A stretch of DNA of 64,000 nt from Candidatus Dormiibacterota bacterium (lineage in GTDB: Bacteria; Chloroflexota; Dormibacteria; Aeolococcales; Aeolococcaceae). The translations under genes and the position numbers were made by a program. The DNA is taken from positions 2,912,001 through 2,976,000 of the forward strand of contig OY970355.1 of assembly GCA_963718525.1 (NCBI GenBank). Reading direction: 5' to 3'. The notes beneath the pieces were generated by a model. That model was given only the letters and a program-made list of their open reading frames with translations, was not told where the DNA came from and searched no databases. This document shows, piece after piece, positions 49,085-59,261 of the stretch (the first letter of the stretch is position 1; every line of letters begins with the position of its first letter).

Positions 49085-49813
49085 TCAGCCCGCGCGCCGC
49101 GCCCTGAGCGCCGCCAGCTGCTCATCCTCGCCACCCGCGCCCGAGTAGCGGAGGAGCTCGGGCGGCCTGCCGCCGGTCCCCGCAGGTGACCGGAACCGGG
49201 GGACGCGGAGCCGCAGCGCGGCCACCTCGGTGTCCCTCACGGGCTTCAGCACGCCCGAATCGCGCAACTCCTGGATTCGCCGCCTGAAGGTCCGCTCGCT
49301 GCCCTCGGGGCCGCCGTGGAGGGCAACGTGGAGCCGCAGCAGGTCGTCCCCGGTGAACACGTCGCCGATCAGAGCGGCAGCGCCGGCGAGTTGGCGCGTG
49401 TCGGCACGAAGCCGGTCGAGGGCGGCACGCAGCGCCGCGGCCCCCGGCGCGTCGAGGCGCAAGCCTCGGCCCGTTGCCGACCATGCACCGGGGCCGGGAT
49501 CCGATCCGAAGGGGGCGGCAGCGTAGTACCAGACGGTCACACTGCGGGCCCGCGCCGGATCGTCGTCGACACCGACCAGATGGAGACGCTGGCCTCCCCT
49601 GCTGCCTCGCCGGCCTCCGAGATCGATACCGGCCTCTGTGGCGGCTCGCAGCGCGGCCTCAGGGAACCGCTCCTTGGGGCCGAGATCAGCCGTTGGGAGG
49701 GTTCGTTTCACGGTGAGCACGTGCAACGCCCGGCTCGCCGGGGTCCCGGGCTCAGGATCGAACCCGAAAACCGCAACCCCCGCGCTCAGCGCCGCCATAG
49801 CTCCCTTGGTCAT
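49085..49813 (-). CDS. NrtR-like regulator (degenerate Nudix + winged HTH)
   Basis: AVFGF...LHVLTVKR, AALRAATEAG, DPARARSVTVWY; C-terminal RTFRRRI...GGRPPELLRY. Confidence 0.7.
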   Translation of the reverse strand: MTKGAMAALSAGVAVFGFDPEPGTPASRALHVLTVKRTLPTADLGPKERFPEAALRAATEAGIDLGGRRGSRGGQRLHLVGVDDDPARARSVTVWYYAAAPFGSDPGPGAWSATGRGLRLDAPGAAALRAALDRLRADTRQLAGAAALIGDVFTGDDLLRLHVALHGGPEGSERTFRRRIQELRDSGVLKPVRDTEVAALRLRVPRFRSPAGTGGRPPELLRYSGAGGEDEQLAALRARRAG

Positions 49814-49929
49814 GCTCCGGCCTCCTCCAGACTCGGTGTGGTTTCGGAAGATGATGGCACGAACTGGCCAAATTGTGCCACCTGGAGTTGCGTTTTCGCC
49901 CTCCCCGATCTCGGGGAGGGGTCCTTCCC

Positions 49930-51243
49930 CTAGGCCTTGACGCTCGGACGCGCCGGTGCCGGGACGGTCCAGCTGACCGCCGGATCGGCCTCGCCCTGGT
50001 CCTTGGAACTGCTCAGGACGCGCGCCCAACTGACCGCCATCCTAGCGCCGCCAAGCTCCGAGGTGCTCACCTCCCAGCGGCCGTGGGTATGCCGGACGAC
50101 GGCGTCGGCGATCGCCAACCCGAGGCCCGACCCGTAGCCGCCTTGCGCCTCGGCCCGATGGAAGCGATCGAAGATTTTGGGGCGTTCTTCGTCCGGGATC
50201 CCCGGTCCCGAGTCCTCCACGACGAGCCGCACGCGGTTTCCGTCCGCGCCGACGTTGACCGCGACGACCCCGCCCTCCGGCGCGTACTTGAACGCGTTGT
50301 CGAGGAGGACGCCGAGGAGGCGATCGAGCCACTCGGACGAGCCCATCACGACGAGCGGTCCCAGCCCAACAGACACCTGCAGGGTGATCCCCCGGCTCTC
50401 GGCAACCGCCGCGAAGCGCTCGCCCGCCTGGCTCACAACCACCCCGACCTCCACCGGCTCGGACGCCGGCCGGCCCTCGGGCGTGTCCACGCGGGCCAGC
50501 CAGAGCAGGTCGTCGACCAGGCGCCGGATCCGCTTGCTCTCGGAGCCGACCCTCTGGAACGCATTGCGATACCAGGCGGGGTCGCGATCCTGGTTGAGTG
50601 CGAGGCTGGTCTGCGCCTCGATCACGGCGAGCGGCGTGCGGAGCTCATGGGAGGCGTCGGCGGTGAACTCGAGCTGGCGTTGCCGGGCGAGCTCGATCGG
50701 GGCGCCGACCCGTCGGCCGACGAACAGCGTCCCGAAGAACACCAGCAGCAGGATGATGATGCCCACGGCCGTCTCAATGGCGACCAACGATGACCGCGCC
50801 TGGGTCACCGAGTCGACGTTGTAACCGACGACGAGGTGGTACGAACCTACGGGGCCGCCGGCGATGCGAAGGTCGGCGCCGTGCAGTGACGTCGTGATCG
50901 GCGTCGTCACGTTGGCATCCTGTGCCGGGAGCTCGACCGGCGGTTGGATGTTGGTCTGGGTCGGCTGAATGCCGGAAGGGTCGATTGCCCAGATGAGGAG
51001 GGGGGCACCGAAGTCGCCCTGGCCCGAGTCGGTGACGCTGGCAAAGGGCAGCCGGAGCAGGGGTTGCTGCTGGTAGTGCGCCAGCTGGGCGGTCAATCGG
51101 GTGTCCACCTGGGCGGTGAGGTCGTTGGTCACGAACATCACCACCAACACGGCGACCAGCGCGTAAACGACAGCCACAACCCCCATGCCGATCAGGGCAA
51201 CCCGCAGGGAGGCGACATTGACCCGCTCGAGCCGCCGGTTCAT
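49930..51243 (-). CDS. Membrane sensor histidine kinase
   Basis: Two TMs, FTADASHELRTPL, LLDNAFKY, DSGPGI, GSGLGL. Confidence 0.93.
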   Translation of the reverse strand: MNRRLERVNVASLRVALIGMGVVAVVYALVAVLVVMFVTNDLTAQVDTRLTAQLAHYQQQPLLRLPFASVTDSGQGDFGAPLLIWAIDPSGIQPTQTNIQPPVELPAQDANVTTPITTSLHGADLRIAGGPVGSYHLVVGYNVDSVTQARSSLVAIETAVGIIILLLVFFGTLFVGRRVGAPIELARQRQLEFTADASHELRTPLAVIEAQTSLALNQDRDPAWYRNAFQRVGSESKRIRRLVDDLLWLARVDTPEGRPASEPVEVGVVVSQAGERFAAVAESRGITLQVSVGLGPLVVMGSSEWLDRLLGVLLDNAFKYAPEGGVVAVNVGADGNRVRLVVEDSGPGIPDEERPKIFDRFHRAEAQGGYGSGLGLAIADAVVRHTHGRWEVSTSELGGARMAVSWARVLSSSKDQGEADPAVSWTVPAPARPSVKA

Positions 51244-51908
51244 GCCTCCTCCAATCGGTACCCCGAGCCGCGAACCGTCACAATCTGGATCCCGGTGTTC
51301 GGCAGCTTGGCGCGGAGCCGGCTCATCTGAACGTCGATCGCGTTGGAGCCGAGCGGTTGGGTCTCGTCCCGCCAGGCATGCTCGGCGATGGCCTTGCGAT
51401 CCACCACCGCCGGCGACCGCCGGAGCAGCAGCTCCAGGATGTTGAACTCCGTGGACGTGAGGTTCACCGCGGTGCCGTGGACCTCGATCTCGCGACGGGC
51501 GGGGTCGAGCGTGAGCGAGCCGCGGGTGATCGCCGGGCCGTCGACGCTGCGGGGCCGGCGCTGCAGCGCTCGGATCCGGGCGACGAGCTCGCCGAAGTCG
51601 AAGGGTTTGATCAGGTAGTCGTCGGCACCGGCGTCGAGGCCCTCGATGCGATCTGACGGCGTGTCCCGCGCGGTCAGCATCAGCATCGCCGTCGGGCGGT
51701 TGTTCCGGCGCGCCCACGCGACGACCTCAAGCCCGCTCGCGCGGGGCATCCGCCAGTCGATCACCGCCACGTCGTATTCGTAGAAGCGCAGCTGCTCGAT
51801 CGCCTCGTCACCCGCCGCGACGGCGTCGACGAAGTAGCCGGCCTCCTCGAGGCCCTGAACCAGGACCTCACGAAGCCCGCGATCGTCCTCCGCGACCAAC
51901 ACCCGCAT
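51240..51908 (-). CDS. OmpR-family response regulator
   Basis: VLVAEDD, DWRMP, LTARD, GADDYLIKPF, TVRGSGY. Confidence 0.95.
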   Translation of the reverse strand: MRVLVAEDDRGLREVLVQGLEEAGYFVDAVAAGDEAIEQLRFYEYDVAVIDWRMPRASGLEVVAWARRNNRPTAMLMLTARDTPSDRIEGLDAGADDYLIKPFDFGELVARIRALQRRPRSVDGPAITRGSLTLDPARREIEVHGTAVNLTSTEFNILELLLRRSPAVVDRKAIAEHAWRDETQPLGSNAIDVQMSRLRAKLPNTGIQIVTVRGSGYRLEEA

Positions 51909-51920
51909 CAGTACATCAGG

Positions 51921-52706
51921 CTACGCGCCGGAGACTCCGCCGCCGAAGCCGCCTCCACCGCCGCCACCGAATCCACCCCCAAAGCCTCCACCACCGAACC
52001 CGGCAGTGCAACCGTTCGCCCCTGCCGGCGTGATCGTGAGCGTTCGTGCCGCGACGGTGCCGGAGCTGTTCTTCGGGCCAAGCGCGGTGACGCACTCACC
52101 GGTCTGGAGCGCGGTGGCCTGGATCACCGTTGACGTGGTCACCTTGACGGTGGTCGGAACGTTGATGGTCGTCGTGATCCCGGTCGTCGCGGTGAGCGTG
52201 ACCGATGTGCCCGTCACCGACTTGACCAGGCCCCGTGCCGCGGTGAACCCGGCGGCGCCGGCCGGGGGCGAGAAGCTCGGGCGCGGCGTGGCACCAGGGC
52301 GCGGGCTGAAGGCACCGCCGCCGCCAAATCCGGTCGTTGCGCACGACCCATTGACCGGCGCGCTCAGCAGGACCGTGGTTGCGGTCAGCATCCCGGCCGC
52401 ATTCTTGGTGCCGGTCGCTGTGATGCAGATGCCTGGCATGATGTTTGCAAGGGTCCCGGTGCTGGTCTGGGTGATGGTCGTCGTGGTGGCATAGGTCACC
52501 GTTGAGTCCCCGGTCGTGCCGCTGAGGATGAGCGTCGACCCGTTGATCTGGACCAGCTGGCCGAAGGCTGCATTGCGAGCGAATCCGGCGCGACCGCCGG
52601 TTGACGGCGATGCAGAGGGGGTCGAGCCGCCACTGGCCGCGGCACCTCCGCAGGCGACCATGGCGAGGCAGGCGACGCTGCCGGCGCCGAGAAGGGCACG
52701 GTTCAT
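51921..52706 (-). CDS. DUF5666-like lipoprotein with Gly-rich tail
   Basis: Lipobox MVAC; two OB-fold-like repeats (GxCITATG/GECVTALG); GGGGFGGG tail. Confidence 0.75.
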   Translation of the reverse strand: MNRALLGAGSVACLAMVACGGAAASGGSTPSASPSTGGRAGFARNAAFGQLVQINGSTLILSGTTGDSTVTYATTTTITQTSTGTLANIMPGICITATGTKNAAGMLTATTVLLSAPVNGSCATTGFGGGGAFSPRPGATPRPSFSPPAGAAGFTAARGLVKSVTGTSVTLTATTGITTTINVPTTVKVTTSTVIQATALQTGECVTALGPKNSSGTVAARTLTITPAGANGCTAGFGGGGFGGGFGGGGGGGFGGGVSGA

Positions 52707-52743
52707 GAGGTTGGTTCTCCCAGGAGGATGGCGGTGTTCGAAA

Positions 52744-53961
52744 TCATTCGGCGCGAAGTGCTGCGATGGGCGCGAGGCGAGCGGCGCGCGCTGCGGGGTA
52801 GACCCCAAAGATCAGGCCAACTCCGGCAGCAACCGCGACGGCGATGATCACCGGCGTGGGCGTGATGGTCACAGCGATGTTGGCAAGTCGCGGCACCAGG
52901 AATCCCGCGAGCAGGCCGGCGCCGACACCGAGGATGCCCCCCACGAAGCTGAGCGTGGCCGCCTCGATGAGGAACTGACGAAGCAGGTCGCGAGGGGTCG
53001 CACCGAGCGCCTTGCGCAGGCCGATCTCCTGGGTCCGCTCGGTGACCGACACCAGCATGATGTTCATGACGCCGATGCCGCCGACGAGCAGCGAGATCGC
53101 CGCGACGCTGGCAAGCAGGATGGTGAGCGTCGTGGTCACCGATGCCGCGGTGCTGGCCAGCGTCGACGCCGACGTGATGTTGAAGTCGGCAGCCGCGGTG
53201 TTGGTGATGTGGTGCGTCTGGAGCAGGAGTTGATCGGCTTCGAGGTATGCGGAGCCGATGGTCGCGCTGCTGGTCGCGCTGAGCAGGATGCGCTGCACCG
53301 AGTCGGGACTGCCTCCCGTGATCTGATCCTGCGCGATGGTGATCGGCACGACGGCGAGGTCATCGTTGTTCGTGAAACCGGTGCTGCCCGTCGAGGTCAG
53401 CAACCCGATCACGTTGTACGGTGCTCCGGAAATGCTGACCTGCGAACCGACGGTGACACCCAGCTGGCTCGCGGTCGTGACCCCGAGCACCACCACCTGA
53501 GCATGCTTGTCAACCTGCTGCTGCGTGAAGAAGACGCCCGACGACAGCGTTCGGGCATTGGTGGTGAGCCATCCTGGGGTGCTGCCCTGCACGGTCGTCG
53601 ACCAGTTGGAGGCCGTGCTCACGAGCGTCGCGGTCCCCGAGACGACGGCCGCAACCGCCCCGACATCTGGGGCGTCCTGCTTGTCCTCGAGCCCGGCGAC
53701 GTCCTCCATGGTCAGCGTATTGGCGGAGCCTGATCCCCCACGAACACCGAAGCTCGTGGTGCTCCCGGGCGAGACGGTGAGCAGGTTGGTGCCCAGCGCC
53801 GCGATCCGCGAGTTCACCGAGTTGGCAGATGCGGTGCCGATGCCGACGGTGCAGATCACTGCGGCCACGCCGAAGAGAATCCCCAGGGTCGTCAGGATCG
53901 AGCGCAGGCGGTGGCCGAGCAGGCCCCGCATTCCCGTGTCGAACGTGCGCAGCAGGTTCAT
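52744..53961 (-). CDS. MacB-like ABC permease
   Basis: [54 protein letters not shown]. Confidence 0.93.
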   Translation of the reverse strand: MNLLRTFDTGMRGLLGHRLRSILTTLGILFGVAAVICTVGIGTASANSVNSRIAALGTNLLTVSPGSTTSFGVRGGSGSANTLTMEDVAGLEDKQDAPDVGAVAAVVSGTATLVSTASNWSTTVQGSTPGWLTTNARTLSSGVFFTQQQVDKHAQVVVLGVTTASQLGVTVGSQVSISGAPYNVIGLLTSTGSTGFTNNDDLAVVPITIAQDQITGGSPDSVQRILLSATSSATIGSAYLEADQLLLQTHHITNTAAADFNITSASTLASTAASVTTTLTILLASVAAISLLVGGIGVMNIMLVSVTERTQEIGLRKALGATPRDLLRQFLIEAATLSFVGGILGVGAGLLAGFLVPRLANIAVTITPTPVIIAVAVAAGVGLIFGVYPAARAARLAPIAALRAE

Positions 53962-54638
53962 GCTGCGACCCGGTCTGTGAGCCGGCCGTCCGCCATCTCA
54001 ACGACGCGTTCGGCAACGCCGGCAACGTTGGGATCGTGCGTGATCAGCACGATGGTGTGGCCTGATTTGTGCAGGCCGGACAGGATGCCGAGGACCTCGC
54101 GGCTCGCCTTGGAGTCGAGGTTGCCGGTGGGCTCGTCCGCCAGGATCATGGTGGGATCGGTGACCAATGCCCGAGCGATCGCAACACGTTGCTGCTGTCC
54201 TCCCGAGAGCTCGTTGGGGCGGTGCTGTACGCGTTCACTGAGGCCGACCTGGGCGAGCGCATTGAGCGCCGTCTGCTTGCGATCTCGGGCTGTCCGATAG
54301 AGCAGGGGCAGCTCGACATTGCGCCACGCCGACATCGACGACAACAGGTGAAACTGCTGGAAGACGAAACCGATGCGTCGGTTGCGGATGCTCGCCAGCT
54401 CACGTTCGTTCATCCGGCTGACGTCCTCGCCTGCGAAGAGATAGTCGCCGGTTGTCGGCACGTCGAGGCAGCCGAGGATGTGCATGAGCGTCGACTTACC
54501 CGACCCTGAGGGCCCCATCACCGCAAGGAAATCGCCTTCGTTGACCTTGAGTGACACGTCGTCCACCGCGTGGACCGTCGCGTCGCCGCTGCCGTAGATC
54601 TTGCTGACGTCGACGAGGCGAATGATCTCGGCGGCCAC
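53958..54638 (-). CDS. MacB/LolD-like ABC ATP-binding protein
   Basis: [33 protein letters not shown]. Confidence 0.94.
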   Translation of the reverse strand: MAAEIIRLVDVSKIYGSGDATVHAVDDVSLKVNEGDFLAVMGPSGSGKSTLMHILGCLDVPTTGDYLFAGEDVSRMNERELASIRNRRIGFVFQQFHLLSSMSAWRNVELPLLYRTARDRKQTALNALAQVGLSERVQHRPNELSGGQQQRVAIARALVTDPTMILADEPTGNLDSKASREVLGILSGLHKSGHTIVLITHDPNVAGVAERVVEMADGRLTDRVAA

Positions 54639-54639
54639 G

Positions 54640-56137
54640 TCAGCCCCCCGTGCGAGCCGCGCCACCACCACCGCCGCCGAAACCGCCACCGCCGAACCCG
54701 CCGCCGGTCAGGCTGCGGCCGGTCCCGGTGGTGGACGATGGAATCGTGCTTGTGATGGTCGCGATCACGACCTGGTCACCGACCTTGATCCCTGAGAGGA
54801 TCTGGGTGAGCGTGGCATCCGAAGCGCCGACCGTCACCGCCGTGGGCACCGGCTTGCCGTTGACGAACAGCGTGACCGTGCTGCCGGCGCCGGTCGTGTG
54901 CACCGCGCTGGTGGGCACCGTGGTGACGCCGACAACCTGGTTGATGATCACGCGCACCGAGGCGGACATCCCCGGCCGGAGCGAGGGGTTGCTGCCGCTG
55001 AGGACGACGGTGACAGGAAAGGTCGCCACGCCTGACGTGACCGTTGCGGCCTCGGCAACGGCGGTCACCCTGCCCGCCACCGCCTCGCTCGACCCTGCGG
55101 CGACCACCTCCGCACTCTGTCCTACGGCGATCTCATTGACGAGCGCATCGCTCACGGAACCGGTGACCTCGAAGACACCGGGAGCGATGATCACGATTGC
55201 ATGTGTCGCAGTCCCACTCGCGCCGGAGGTTGCCCCGCCCGTGCCACCGCTCGAGATCTGCTGCCCGTTGGTGATGTTGACCGCTTCGACGGTGCCGCTG
55301 GTCGGCGCCTTGAGCGTCGCAGCGTTGACGGCGGCCTGGGCGTTGCTCAGGTTGACCTGATCGATCTGGACCTGGCTCTGGGCAACTGCGATCTGGGCTG
55401 ACGTGGTGGTCGATCCGCTCTGGAGCGCCGAGAGGGAGAGCTTCGCGTTCTGCCATTGCACCTTGTCCGCATTGACCTGACCCTGGGCCTGGTCATCGCC
55501 CTGCGTGCTCTTGACCTGGGCGGCCTGCCACGCCTGATAGTCCTGCGCGATCGTGGCCTCGTCCTGCGGACAGGGCGGCGTGGTGTCACCCGATGTGCAG
55601 CCGGCGGCGGTGGCAGTTGCCTGTGCTGCGGTGTATGCGCTGTAGGCCTGAGCCACCATCTGGGCGTTCACAGCTTTCGTGTCCGCAAGACTCGTCACGG
55701 CGTTCGCGTAGGAGACATACGAGCTGTTGACCTGCGCCTCGGCCTGCGCGAGGCTGGTGGCCGACGTGCCCGCCTCGGCCTGGGCGAGATTCGCCTGCGC
55801 CGATGCCAGAGTCGCCTCGGCCTGCGTGAGGCTCGCGTCCACGGTGCTGGGGTCCTGGGTTGCCAGCACTTCGCCGATGGTGACCGTCTGTCCGGACAGG
55901 ACGTTCACGGCCGTCACCTTTCCTGCGCCTGCAAAATCCAGGTCTGTCTCGCCGTCTGGCGCGAGATTCCCCGACAGCGACACCGTCTGCGTCACCGTCC
56001 CGAGCGTCGCGACACCGGTGCGATACGACACGCTCGCCGCATCGCCACGAGTTCAGCATGTACGCCCCGGTCCCTGCTGCAATGACCACGATGACGATGC
56101 CGATGACGAATGGCCTGCGCATCAAGCGACGTCTCAC
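54640..56137 (-). CDS. MacA-like periplasmic adaptor; +1 frameshift at 56049-56054
   Basis: TM anchor PFVIGIVIVVIAAGTGAYML joins TRGDAASVSYRT...GKVTAVNV...LKAPTSGTV...LRPGMSA when one base is removed. Confidence 0.88.
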
Positions 56138-56265
56138 AGTCGATCACTCCCACAGCCGGTTGCCGCAACGACCATCGGCCATGATCGTGGGCCCGGCATC
56201 CTTTCAGGAGCGTGACAGTATGCGGACACCACGCGGCCGTTGCCCACATGGCATCCCCCCGGGCG

Positions 56266-56339
56266 TGGGCGGAGCAGGGATCGAACCCGCGACCTCCTCG
56301 GTGTAAGCGAGGCGCTCTAACCAGCTGAGCTATCCGCCC
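56266..56339 (-). tRNA. tRNA-Val(TAC), CCA not encoded
   Basis: GGGCGGATAGCTCAGCTGGTTAGAGCG CCTCG-CTTACAC-CGAGG...GGTTCGATCCC...TCCGCCCA. Confidence 0.96.
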
Positions 56340-57034
56340 GTGACGACTGTATCTCCAGGGGCGCTCAATTGCTCGACGGTGGCATCGCTGTGCCCCACCA
56401 GCACCAGGTCCACCATGCCCAGGAACAGCCCGTGGCCGGCGGCTCCGGGGACCGACGCGATCTCCGCGGCCAGCGTCTCCGGGTCGGCGACGTCGGTGAA
56501 CTCGCTATCCGCGATGAGGTTGCCGTTGTCCGTGGTGAACAGCGCACCATCTCCAGTCGTTCGAAACGCGAAATCGAGCGACGTTCGTTCGGACAGCGCG
56601 CGCAGGGTCCTCGCGCTGCCGAACTTGATGACCTCGACAGGAACGCGTCCGCTGAGCTGGGTCATGTATTTGCTGTCATCGACAATAACAACGAAGCGTG
56701 CTGCGGATGCCGCGACGATCTTCTCGCGCAGCATGGCGCCGCCCCTGCCCTTGATCAGGCGCAACCAAGGATCGACGCTGTCGGCGCCGTCGACGGCAAG
56801 GTCGAGGCCGGCGGAGCCGAGTTCCTGGACCGCGATGCCGTGCTCGGCCGCAAGCGCGGCACTCGCCGTCGAGGTTGCGACGGCGCGAACCGACAGGCCC
56901 TCGCGCACCCGTTTCGCAAGACCGAGGATGAACCACCGCGCAGTGGTGCCGGTTCCCAGGCCGACACGCATGCCGTCCTCGACCAGCGGCACCGCGGCCT
57001 CCCCTGCCGCGCGACGGGCGGCATCGACGTCCAC
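56330..57034 (-). CDS. rpiA: Ribose-5-phosphate isomerase A
   Basis: GLGTGTT, DLAVDGAD, LIKGRGGAMLREKI, VPVEV, TDNGN. Confidence 0.95.
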   Translation of the reverse strand: MDVDAARRAAGEAAVPLVEDGMRVGLGTGTTARWFILGLAKRVREGLSVRAVATSTASAALAAEHGIAVQELGSAGLDLAVDGADSVDPWLRLIKGRGGAMLREKIVAASAARFVVIVDDSKYMTQLSGRVPVEVIKFGSARTLRALSERTSLDFAFRTTGDGALFTTDNGNLIADSEFTDVADPETLAAEIASVPGAAGHGLFLGMVDLVLVGHSDATVEQLSAPGDTVVTGG

Positions 57035-57050
57035 GCGTGCAGCGTAGCGG

Positions 57051-57383
57051 TCAGGAGGCCAGGCGTCTGCTCAGTTCGCTGGACGTTGTGGAGACCGCCT
57101 CGCGATGCACGCCTTCAGGCTGGCGCATGAAGCGCTCCTGGACGACGAACACGGCTTCGATGAGCTCCGCCGCAGAGGTCCGGGGACGGAAGGTCACCCC
57201 GCGGCGCCGGAGCGAAACCAGAACGCGTGTTGGAATTGGACCGCCGCGAAGATTCACCTCCTCGAGCTGGGTGAGCAGGCCGTCGAGCTCGCACAGCGTT
57301 TCGCGTCGCTGCACCCGTTGTCGTTCGTCTTCTGCTGACCACACCAATTGATTGAGGACGCGGTTTCGGACGAAGGTGGCCAT
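57051..57383 (-). CDS. Hypothetical protein
   Basis: GAGGGAG RBS; LDGLLTQLEEVNLRG...ELIEAVFVVQERFM. Confidence 0.65.
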   Translation of the reverse strand: MATFVRNRVLNQLVWSAEDERQRVQRRETLCELDGLLTQLEEVNLRGGPIPTRVLVSLRRRGVTFRPRTSAAELIEAVFVVQERFMRQPEGVHREAVSTTSSELSRRLAS

Positions 57384-57534
57384 GACGCTCCCTCGGCTCG
57401 TCCACCGGGTTCGGGGGTTTGATGTGACGTAGGGTGAGTCGGACCGAACAGATGGACGTCCTGTGGTCGCGATCCTACCGATTTGTGGGCCATTTGCATA
57501 GCGGAACACATGTTCGCGCCATGGCGGCACCGGC

Positions 57535-58281
57535 TCAGGCCGCGGTCGCCTGAGCGGTGATCGTTTCGAGAAGCGCGCTCACGGGACCCGCGTCCGCCAG
57601 CCGGCAGCCGAACGCCGACGCGAGGGCCGTCGCGAGCACGGGTGCGACCTCTTCAGGTGTGTGACCGGGTGCGCCGAGCGTCTCGAACGAGGCGACGCCG
57701 GCTCCCTCAATGCCGCACGGTGTGACCCTGTCGAACCAGCTCAGGTCGGTGGCGACGTTCAGGGCGACGCCATGCGTGGTGACGCCTCCGGCGAGCTTCA
57801 CGCCGATGGCGGCGAGCTTCTCCTCCCCCGTCCACACGCCCGTGTATGGCGGCCTGCGGGTCACGGTGATCCGGTACTCCGCCGCCGCGGCGATGAGCGC
57901 GGCCTCGAGAGCACGGAGATAGCGTTCGACGTCGCCGTGGGCCTGGTGACCCGGGATCGGGAAGATCCCGTTCAAGCGCACGATCGGATAGGCCACGAGC
58001 TGGCCGGGTCCGTGAAAGGTGACCGACCCACCGCGATCGACCTCGACGAATTCCGCGCCGGCCGCGACCAGCGCCTCGGGCCCGGCGCCGAGATGACGGG
58101 CATCACCGGTGCGACCCATCGTGTAGACGGGAGGGTGTTCGAGCAGGAGCACGGCGTCGTCAGCGAGCGAGCCGGTTCGGCGCGCCAGCGCGATCTCACG
58201 CTGCAGCACCCAGGCATCCTGATAGCCGATCGTCCCCAGCCAGGCCCAGCGAAGGACCGGGCGCTCGGTCACGCCACTCAT
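57535..58281 (-). CDS. lipB: Lipoyl(octanoyl) transferase
   Basis: LLEHPPVYTMG, DRGGSVTFHGPGQLVAYPI, KLAAIG, HGVALN, PCG. Confidence 0.95.
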   Translation of the reverse strand: MSGVTERPVLRWAWLGTIGYQDAWVLQREIALARRTGSLADDAVLLLEHPPVYTMGRTGDARHLGAGPEALVAAGAEFVEVDRGGSVTFHGPGQLVAYPIVRLNGIFPIPGHQAHGDVERYLRALEAALIAAAAEYRITVTRRPPYTGVWTGEEKLAAIGVKLAGGVTTHGVALNVATDLSWFDRVTPCGIEGAGVASFETLGAPGHTPEEVAPVLATALASAFGCRLADAGPVSALLETITAQATAA

Positions 58282-59217
58282 CCCGCGTGCGCGGCTACCG
58301 CCTGCTCGTGGGCGTGGTAGCTGGACCGGACGAGCGGCCCCGAACTCGACATGCTTGAATCCGAGCGATTTGCCGTAGGCCTTGAGCTCGGCGAACTCGT
58401 CGGGATGCCAGTAGCGGATGAGCGGATGGTGCTTGAGCGAGGGCCGCAGATACTGCCCGATCGTGATGATCTCGATGTCGTGGGCGCGCATCTGGTCGAG
58501 CAATTCCTTGACCTCGTGCATCTCCTCGCCGAGCCCCACCATGAGCCCCGACTTGGTCCGGCTCTGCGGCTCCATTCGCTTGGCGGCGCGAAGCAGCTCG
58601 AGGCTGCGATCGAGCATCGACTTCGGCCTGACCCTGCGGTACAGGCGGCCCACCGTCTCCACGTTGTGGTTGAAGATCTCGGGGACCTCCTCCATGACGG
58701 TCCGCAGCGCGTCGTGGTCGCCCTGGAAGTCCGGCGTCAACACCTCGATAGTGGTGCCGGGCGACAGGGCGCGAATCGATCGAATCGTCGCTGCGAAGAT
58801 CCCGGCGCCACCGTCGGCGAGATCGTCACGGTCGACGGAGGTCACCACCGCGTGGCGGAGTCCCATGCTGGCGACCGCCTCGCCGACCCGGCGAGGCTCG
58901 TCCCAGTCGATGTCGCCGCCGCGTTTGCCGCTCTTCACGGCGCAGAAGGCGCACGCTCGAGTGCAGACGTCGCCGAGGATCATGAAGGTGGCGGTCCCGT
59001 GTCCCCAGCACTCCGCGATGTTCGGGCAACGGGCCTCTTCGCAGACCGTGTTGAGATTCTGCCCGCGCATGATCCCCTTGATCTGCGAATAGCCGTCGCC
59101 CGCCGGCAGCTTGACGGTGAGCCATTCAGGACGCCGGTCAACGCCGTCGGGAAGCAGCCGCTGATGCAGCGGACGGGGATCGGCCACGGGAACGGGCCGC
59201 AGACGGATCTGGTCCAT
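58278..59217 (-). CDS. lipA: Lipoyl synthase; +1 frameshift at 58342-58347
   Basis: CEEARCPNIAEC, CTRACAFC; removing one base restores HVESGPLVRSSYHA and a TGA overlapping the lipB ATG. Confidence 0.95.
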
Positions 59218-59261
59218 GGGGCGCTCTCACTCTACACACTCGCTGCGGCACAATCGCCCGG

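Noticed and set aside
51930-54710. GCC/CCA-rich repeats near 51935-52000 and 54660-54710
   Set aside because: Encode GGGGFGGG low-complexity protein tails, not a DNA repeat system
47831-56339. Integrative element anchored at tRNA-Phe or tRNA-Val
   Set aside because: No integrase and no duplicated tRNA 3' end found within the window
57535-59217. Apparent LipA-LipB fusion (560 aa)
   Set aside because: Produced by one extra base at GAACTC 58342-47; repair restores the LipA RSSY motif and an ATGA stop/start overlap
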